A stretch of DNA of 64,000 nt, from the NCBI RefSeq assembly GCF_009914755.1, contig NC_060947.1, one strand, 5' to 3'. Origin of the DNA: the human T2T-CHM13v2.0 reference genome, Homo sapiens. The position numbers and the translations under genes are program-made. This document shows, in pieces, positions 55,535 through 64,000 of the stretch. The notes under the pieces are model-generated. The model did not search any database and was not told the DNA's origin. It was given only the letters and a program-made list of their open reading frames with translations. Positions within the stretch are counted from its first letter, which is position 1; every line of letters begins with the position of its first letter.

Positions 55535-56209
55535 ACTCAATTGTTCAGTAGCCATGTTGAGCACCTTTATATCTTAGGCCCCTCTATGGCAGATGCAAAG
55601 CTTACTAAGATGGGAGTCTCAGTCTGGTGGGAGAGAGAGGCACAGATGTCTGAAATACAACAGTTTATGTAACATAATGGAGATGTGTTTAGAATGCCAT
55701 GGGAAACATGCATTCTAGAAGAAGCCTGCAGCTGAGAGTGGGGTTAGAGTGGATAAGAAAGGCTTTAGAGCAGGTAGCCCTTTGGCAGCAGTTGGAAAGA
55801 TGGGTATGAGTTTGCCAGGCTGGCTAGGTGAGGATGGGTATTCCATTCAGAGGTAATGGCATGCGATGTACAAAGGTCTGAAGGGCTGAGACACTTTCCT
55901 GTAGTTGGAGAACAGCAAAATGTTGACAAAGGAGGAGAGCAGTAAAAGACTGGAGAGGCAAGAGTCAGATTACCAAGGCCCTGTGTGTTATGGTAAAGGG
56001 GCAGGATTTTATGGAGAAGATTCAGATATTCTGGCAGGCATGAAGCCAGTGGGAGCCAGGATGCAACAGGTATTTAGAAAGAAACTTCCGCACAGCAAGT
56101 AGGAGAGTGTTTGGAGAGAAGACCAGATTGGAGGCAGAGAGACCAGTCAAGAGTCTGTTGCCACAGTCCTTGGGAGAAATGATTTAGGCCTGAACCAAGA
56201 CAGTGGGAT

Positions 56210-56262
<53 letters not shown>

Positions 56263-56570
56263 AGAGAGAGAGAATGAGAGAGAGACAGAGAGAGAAAGAG
56301 AGAGAGGTATTCAAGGGATACTTCGGAAGTAGAACTGATAGGGCTGAGTGACACACTTGATGATGTGTTTCATGAGGGAAGGTGTAAGAGTCCCATATGA
56401 CTCCTAGGAATCTGGTTAGTGTCATTTAATGAGATGAGGAATTAAAGGGGATATAGGTTGGAAGTGAAGATACGGAGAAAAGGAATAAGGAATTTAGTTG
56501 TGGACATCCTGTATTTGAGGGGCCTGTGAAACAGCCAGGTATATTCAGGAGGCATCAGGAGATGAGGGCT
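55535..56570 (-). mobile_element. L2 (antisense) containing a (TG)n(GA)n microsatellite at 56211-56306
   Basis: agattggaggcagagagaccagt...ggcctgaaccaagacagtgg...ttagttgtggacat..tttgaggggcctgtgaaacagccag. Confidence 0.75.
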
Positions 56571-56747
56571 GGATCAAATTAGCTTCTTTTTCTCTCACAA
56601 GTCCTTTGTCTTCAGAATGATAATGTCTTTCTAATTGCTTCTCTTGACAGCAGGTGAAGGCCACGTATTCCCAGTATGCAATACCAAACTCAAACCCCCA
56701 GCTGTACTGTCATGTGGTTGTCAGCAAGGACAATGAGTTTCCCTTAA

Positions 56748-57102
<355 letters not shown>

Positions 57103-57293
57103 TGTTTTTTTCTTTTTTTATGTGGAAGAAAAGCAATGGCATCTCTGGAGAATCAGAAGGAAAAGGATAACAATAAGCAGGTACCAAACTTTCCACCAGA
57201 TACATAAACAAACTATCCCCTTCTCTAAAAGCAGAATCTTTCTATCTCCCTGGCTGAGTAACGTGTATTTTAACAGGTATGATAAATGCCTGA

Positions 57294-57600
57294 GGCCGGG
57301 TGCAGTGGCTCAGACCTGTAATCCCAGCACTTTGGGAGGCTGAGACGGGTGGATCACCTGAGGTCAGGAGTTCGAGACCAGCCTGGGCAACATGGCAAAA
57401 CCCCATCTCTACTAAAAATATAAAAACTAGCCAGGCATGGTGGTGGGCACCTATAATCCCAGCTACTCAGGAGGCTGAGGCACAAGAATCGCTTGAACCT
57501 GGGAGAGAGAGGTTGCAGTGAGCTGGGATCACGCCACTGTACTCCAGTCTGGGTGACAGAGCAAGACTCCATCTCAATAAATGAATGAATGAATGACTGA
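57294..57600 (+). mobile_element. AluSx-like with a (TGAA)n tail
   Basis: Full Alu. Confidence 0.95.
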
Positions 57601-59451
57601 ATCCCTGAGTTGAGGCCTTTAAAAGAAAACATAAATATGAGTCAACCTTCTACGGAGGAAAAAACATCAACTGATAGAGGGAAAGTTGAGGTAACATTAC
57701 TGCTGATTTGGCCCCACCATGACAATGCTTCTTCACACCCCAAGATATAATTTTATGTATGACAGGTGCCCATTCTTTTCAATTGTCCCTGCTAGGCAAG
57801 TGATAGGAGCAAAATGTCAGTTGGCAACAGGGGTGTTAATAATCATTACAAACTTGCAAGGAGGCATTTCATAAATTTCCTCAGCAGAGTACACATGAAA
57901 GCATAATTGGCAAGGACCTGACCTCCTGAAAGGCACCTCTCATTCATGTATCTAATTCTGTTGAACACTTTGATGGGAACAAATGCAGTCTCCTGGTGCT
58001 CAGGCCACTACACAATTGCTCTTTATGTTGAAAACAGGTTGCTGTGAGTTCTGTCTCTAGAGTAATGCAGGAGAGGAAGCCATTCCTAGTCAACAGGCAC
58101 TAGCGAGCTGATAAGCTGCTGTTATACACTCCTGGTTGGCTTAACCAAAATAGCACTATCTCTTTGTCAACCCATTTTGGACCCCTTCTCCTTGCACATT
58201 AATCTGGTTTCCACACCCAAGATTTAGCCCTGAGTTTCAGGAAGAGAGACAAGGAGCATGGCCTAGTGCAGGAGGTTTAATCATAGATTCCATTCTCCTG
58301 TCTATTAACATGCCACTGAGCTGTGGTTTGTGAGAATCCATTTTAGGAAATGCTGCTAGAGACAAATAACAAGAATCAGCTAGATAGCACTGTTTTGTTT
58401 TGTTTTGTTTTGTTTTTTTCTCTATCACTGCAACAGTCCTTTTTTTCTCTGGCCTTTGTTATGGAGCACATTTCTAGAATGTCCAAGTCCACTGAACTGT
58501 GTTGGTTTATGGCGTTATAAGGAAAAAATTGTATCTTAGTTTAATGACTAAGAATCTTGTATGATCTTGGGGTCATTGCTATGAATATCCAGTGATGAGT
58601 TGCACTCTCCCGAAGTAGGGGTGGAGATGGACAAGATGTAGAACACTGAGTTCAGGGTCAGCCCAGGACAGCTCCTAACAGCCTGACATGTACTTATTTG
58701 TTTTCTCTTGTCTATTTCCCCTGGCATTGATTTATCAGAAAATAAAAGCCGTTCTGAAGGCTTGAAGGTCCCCCAAAAAGTAGGTCTTGACAGTACTAAG
58801 CAAAGGCACAGGAGTTCCATGTGTTCAGAGGCAGTGGACTCGTGGACAGAATCATGAGTTATCTCTTGTGTCCTGAGACATTTCCAATTAGTGCTGGGTG
58901 ACACTTGGCCCACCTGAAACCTTAAATTAATGTAACAGGAGAGTGGATTCTAGTCCTACCTTCAGCCTGTCCCCTCTCGAGATTACACCTATGAATGGGG
59001 GTGCATTAAGATATGTTTGCATCCTTCCTTGATTCACAATAGTAAAGTTAGCTTTGGTAGCCACTCGTTCAGAGGAATAGCTTTGCTGTTTCATTACCTT
59101 GGTGCCACATTTCGAGTGAGGAATTATCTACCTCACCCCAATTAATTCTTTTAAAAATATGTAATGCTACCAACATAGTTCAGAACCAACTCTTTAGATG
59201 ACTTCCTGGGATCTCATGTGTGTGCTTGTTTCTTTCCTACCTCACCTAACTTCACTTCATCCCCTAGTACCCTGTAGCAAGAGAAGAACATTCCTCCACC
59301 TCTGACCCTTCGGGTGGATCCACAGTGAGCACTGCCTTCACAGTCAAGTGGCAGTGATGAAGCTGTAGGCTGAAAACAGGACAAAAATGGAGAAGGCGGA
59401 AAAAATGGCAAAAAAAAAAATAAATAAATAAAGGAAAGGGGATCGTCTTAC

Positions 59452-59774
59452 GTGGAGAAGGCATTGTTCTGTTTCTCACATCGGATCCCCTTGCAGTTGT
59501 TAGGCTCATCGATAGCTCTGGTTTCATAATAGAAGTAAAGCTGGTTCAGTCCATTGGCAAAAGCTAGTAGTACCAGGCAGTAGATAAAGAGGAATTTGAG
59601 GATATCAAGCAGCATGCGTCCCAAAGAGATCTGCAGAGGTCCTAAGTGGGAGTTGGCTGTGAACAGGGATATGAGACGCAACGAACTTAAAATGTTGGAT
59701 ATTGCGAAGAGTGCTTCCGCAATCAGAGTCGGGTGCCACATTTCCCATTCCTCCCTTGGACGAGAACCATTATA
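59452..59774 (-). CDS. TRPC5: TRPC5 internal coding exon (323 nt; probably exon 6): S3-S4 loop, S4, S4-S5 linker, S5 and extracellular turret
   Basis: Translates to [107 protein letters not shown](T). This is a TRPC4/5 signature, and [13 protein letters not shown] and [12 protein letters not shown] distinguish TRPC5 from TRPC4. On the minus strand the acceptor is ttgttgtttctttcag|TAT and the donor is TCCAC|gtaaga. Confidence 0.97.
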
Positions 59775-61696
59775 CTGAAAGAAACAACAAGTGCACAAGA
59801 TGAGGGGTACAGTGAACATTTATAAAACTTTCCCTTTTTTCCTTGCTTCCATACCCAAACAAAGCCACCAAAATATGCATCAAGCATTCATTATGCAACA
59901 GGCCCCATGCATGACACTATTTGTCTTTCTTGCCCCACCCAATTAACATGTGCTGCTAACAACTCTCTTCCTCCCACTCCCATCCACGTCTATACCTGGG
60001 ATGTACACATAGAAGAATAAATTTTAGATCAATCATCTGCAGCAACCACCTGTGGCTTATCAACAGACATTTTCTAACTGTGGGTTTAACAGATTGTTGG
60101 GGAGTGTCACTGAAACAGAGGCACTAGTATGCCCAAGATAGTGGGGAAAAATCACCCTGCTTCCTAAAGATTTCAAGCCAAATGTACTTCCTCAATCCCT
60201 CACTGGGCTCTGAGCACCATGGACAACGTGCTGTTACTGAAAGACAAGGAGTAGACGCAGCCTTCTCGGTATGCAGTGTTCATTCTCACTCCCTTGCTGA
60301 CTGCAGTTTGGGGCTGATGGAGGATCCTTAGGGAGCCATTCACTGGAGCTTTCTGCTGAATTTTTAGCAGGCTGTAATGTATTCTACATTACTGCAAATG
60401 GCATGTCAACCTTTCAGGTAATGAATTTAGTACTGCCCCATACAGTGGTGTATGGTTGTATTTTACAGTTCATTTGACAACTCTGTAAGTTAGAATGTTC
60501 CTTTAGCACACATGAAGAACCAGGGGCTTGAAGGAGGGGAAGAACCAATATTTATTGGGTTGGTTACCCATCCCAGGTTTCCAGCCCCCGGCATATTAGG
60601 AGTAGCCTTGTAGAAAGATGACTTCATTGTGAGATCTGAGCTCCAATTTGGGCATTGTCACTTAAAACTGCCTGTATCTTTTAATTTCACCACAAAATGA
60701 GGATAATGCCTCCTACCCACTGCACATGTTTGTGATTCTGTATCCATATGCAAAAGTCTGTGTACTCCATAAGTGGAGATGTTATGGAAATACAAGGAAT
60801 TACTTATTACCTTCCCAGGACAGAAGTAGATTTTGCCTGGAATTTAATTTGAAGCATATTGCCTTGAGCTCACATTTAAATATCACAATTTCTCAGGACT
60901 AAATGTAAACAACTTTCCTGAGAAAATGTTGCATTGGGGGCCAAATTATATTGTTAGCATTTCTAAAATGTGCTTCAGTTCCAACAACTGAGGAAACTGG
61001 TGCGTTTAAAATCACTTGTGTGTATCCAATATTCTTCTCTGTCAGAGGAGCTTGGAGAAACTGTGCCACATTTGTGCTTCTGCTTCGGATAGACTTTTAG
61101 GCGGCCAATCAGTTTTACGTACTCTTGGCCAAATCTTATATTTCTACATTTTTCCTCCCCCAACAAACATGCACTGCATTACTGTGAGGGGTAGGAATGG
61201 TTATGCCTGTTTTACAAATGGAGGAAGTCCAGATAGGCAGAGTGACTTGCTAAAGATCACACAGCAAGTCGGTGGCAGAGCCAGCAAGAAGTTATCCACG
61301 GGTCTCCAGACACTCAGTCTAGCACTATTTCTATTAAATGTTACTTATATGATAGTTGATATCACAGCACAGATGATAGATCAGCCTTTAAAGGTTTGAG
61401 GTATATGTGAAAGATAGTCTCTTTGCTGATAACAAAACAGACCTATGTTTTAAAACTAGAAATCAACAACTGGAACATGTATAGCTCATAATTTGGGATT
61501 TTCTCTCTCCTCATCCAGAACTGTAACCTCAGGGATGTCTGTTGCCCATGGGATGGTGAATCTGAATTTGTGGAACACTCAGAAGTGTAAAACATGATTC
61601 TCATGGCAAATCTATACTTTGAACATAGATACTTTGCACCTTTGGAGAAAGATATAGTATGTATGTGCAGGGAATAAACATGGAGCTCATCTAGCA

Positions 61697-61882
61697 TAGA
61701 GGTTGGCAAACTTTCTGTCAAGAATCAGATAGTACATATTTTTGGCTTTGTGGGCTCTATGGTTCCCATCACAACTACCCAATGCTTCCTTTGTAATCCT
61801 AATGGAGCCCTAGACAATATACAACCACAAGGACATGGCAGAAGGCCAGGTTTGGCCCACAGACCATAGTTTGCTGACCCCT
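61697..61882. mobile_element. MER58A-like hAT MITE
   Basis: tagaggttggcaaactttctgt...ggctttgtgggc...ccatagtttgctgacccctg. Confidence 0.8.
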
Positions 61883-63847
61883 GATCTAACACAGTCGTTT
61901 TAAACTGTGTTCCTTAGAGCCTGGGGGTTCAATGGAGGCATCTCATAGCTACTGTGGGAGCCAAAGTGGAGACTTAGAAGACTCATTCTTCAAGCCAAAC
62001 TCAGTCCTTTGGGCTTTTTATATATTGGATTACTGTGTGAGTTTTTGCTTAAAGATGTGGTACCATGGGAAAAAATTTTTTAAAAGGTTGAGCACCACTG
62101 ATCTAGTTTAACCTACTGCTTATTTATCAGAGGCAGAATCTACAGCTCAGAAAGGTAGAGGGATTGCCCATGGTAACCCTGCTCATGAGTATCAGATTGG
62201 GAATTAAATTCAGATCTCCTGACTCTTGAGTTAGTTGTTGTTGGAGGCAAATGATTTTTCTTACATCCTTTGAAATGGAATGCAGTTAGAAAATTGGCCT
62301 CCTTGCCTTTCAAAGGATGTAAATTGCATTTTATAAACCCTAAAGCAAAATATGAAGAGGAACAGCCTAATGTGGGGACTCAATAGTAATAAGAATTTGA
62401 GGGGGGTGTTATTATGTCTTTAGCTAAGCACTGACTGAAGGAAAGGCCATAACTCAGTGGGTAGCATAGTCCAGATTTACTTGGCACACATGGAAGCGAA
62501 GCAGTGGTGGAATAGATCTAGGTGGTACTATCCTAGAAAAGCAAAGAATGGTTATACTCCATTTGTAGAATCATCTGGGGGCAATGAGGGTCAATCTTAT
62601 ATATATTTGTTCCTTTTGAGTACTTTGGTGTGTACCTTTTGGTACTTGCTTTAGATCATGTGAAGTGGAATAGATATTGTTGACTAATTTTGCACTCTAA
62701 TAAAATAAAGGATCTTTAAAAACAGCTCATTCCTTGGTGCTTCTGTACTGCTTCAGTACAATGGTGATTGAAAACATTTCAAGGAGCCTATGTCGCAGTT
62801 CTTATGGCTTTGTGTCATAGAAGTTGGCTCAGCCTGCTTGGGGAAGGTCATCCAGCCTGGACTTCTGTGGATGGGTAGACCTGATTATCCCCATTTATAA
62901 ATTCTCATTACAAATCCAAATTTTGCATGTGGCCTGTCTTGCTTTATAAATTCTTTTTTGGGAAGGACTCCAACTTCTTGGCAAAGGTCTCCTTTGAATA
63001 AAGTGTTTGCCAGTTAAGGGGCATTTACCCAGCTTAATAGAGCAGATTTATCCTTATACTTTGTGATGGAGAAGTATCTAACTCTTTGGAAGCCTCTCCA
63101 GTAAAGTTGGACAGGTTATGTGATTAGCTAATGTTGAGAATCTACAGATACGTTTTTCACATCCCCAAATGTTAATCCTTTTCTTCATCATTTATTCTAA
63201 GCTTTCCTGTTTAAACAAAACCCACCAATTTCTAGATTGATAATGTAAGGTCCCTCCAGTGTATAAATACCATTTCCAAAGGAAGAACTTTTCCCTTTAC
63301 TTTACAGTGTTACTTAGTCAGCAGAGTGCCAGAATGACATGGATTTCACCCAGGCACATTAACCAGGGATTCAAACATTTTCCTCACCAGCTTTTTCTCT
63401 TAAGGAAGTTGTAAGTATGTGTTAAATGATCACCACATGTATAGGGCCTACTCTTGGGCTCTTTTCAAAAATGTTTCATGACTGCATTCAATATGCATGC
63501 TCTACATAACTCCCAAGGTCTTAAAATTTATGCAATATGCATATTAGGGATACAAAAATAAACTAAGTTGTTGGAGATTTGGGGGACAGCCATATTTCCA
63601 TTCTAAAAGTCCTTAATGTGGAATTTAGTGCCAAAAAGCATGACTGACTATACAATCTTGGAGACTGAATTGTCAGCCTTTTCTCATGGAGAAGTTTAAC
63701 TCAGGCTACAAGGAGGACAGCAATCCCATTATTTAATAAGCACCAGACCTGAACTCAGAGCCTCTGATTACCCAAAGTAAGATGTCAAACATGAAGCTAT
63801 TTTCAGGATAATTCGAGCTGAATGTTGTGTGGGAAAAGTATTAAGGT

Positions 63848-63886
<39 letters not shown>
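63848..63886. repeat. (GT)n microsatellite (~19 units)
   Basis: Read directly from the sequence. Confidence 0.95.
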
Positions 63887-63888
<2 letters not shown>

Positions 63889-64000
63889 ATTATCTGAATT
63901 GGTAGAGAAGCACAGGTTGGGTGATACTAAAAATGCTGGATTTATAACTGCTCGAGTGATTATTCTGGTGGTGGAAGTGATGAGAAAGGAAGGGGCTATT

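Overview
This is primate (most likely human) genomic DNA from inside the TRPC5 cation-channel gene, which is transcribed on the minus strand. Two coding exons are present: 59452-59774 (323 nt, S4-S5 and turret) and 47255-47450 (196 nt, pore helix with the LFW motif, and S6). They splice together in frame through canonical GT-AG sites across a ~12 kb intron. Positions 1-47254 are one large downstream intron. The rest is mostly interspersed repeats: L1PA and L1M LINEs, a near full-length Tigger2, a THE1 MaLR provirus, an ERVL remnant, CR1/L3, L2, MIR, MER elements, about 17 Alus and microsatellites. Almost all ORFs in the supplied track are repeat-derived or spurious. I found no convincing previously undescribed gene system. 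The most interesting observations are structural: (1) an inverted pair of L1s sharing many atypical variants; (2) a 3'-truncated L1 with an intact 5' end and a TSD; (3) a tail-less AluY near an exon; (4) a THE1 provirus with discordant LTRs; (5) a perfect 109-bp tandem duplication; (6) a three-armed Alu; (7) a frame-symmetric two-exon pore module. Repeat subfamily names are assigned by eye from remembered consensus sequences and need RepeatMasker/Dfam confirmation. Boundaries of old repeats are approximate.
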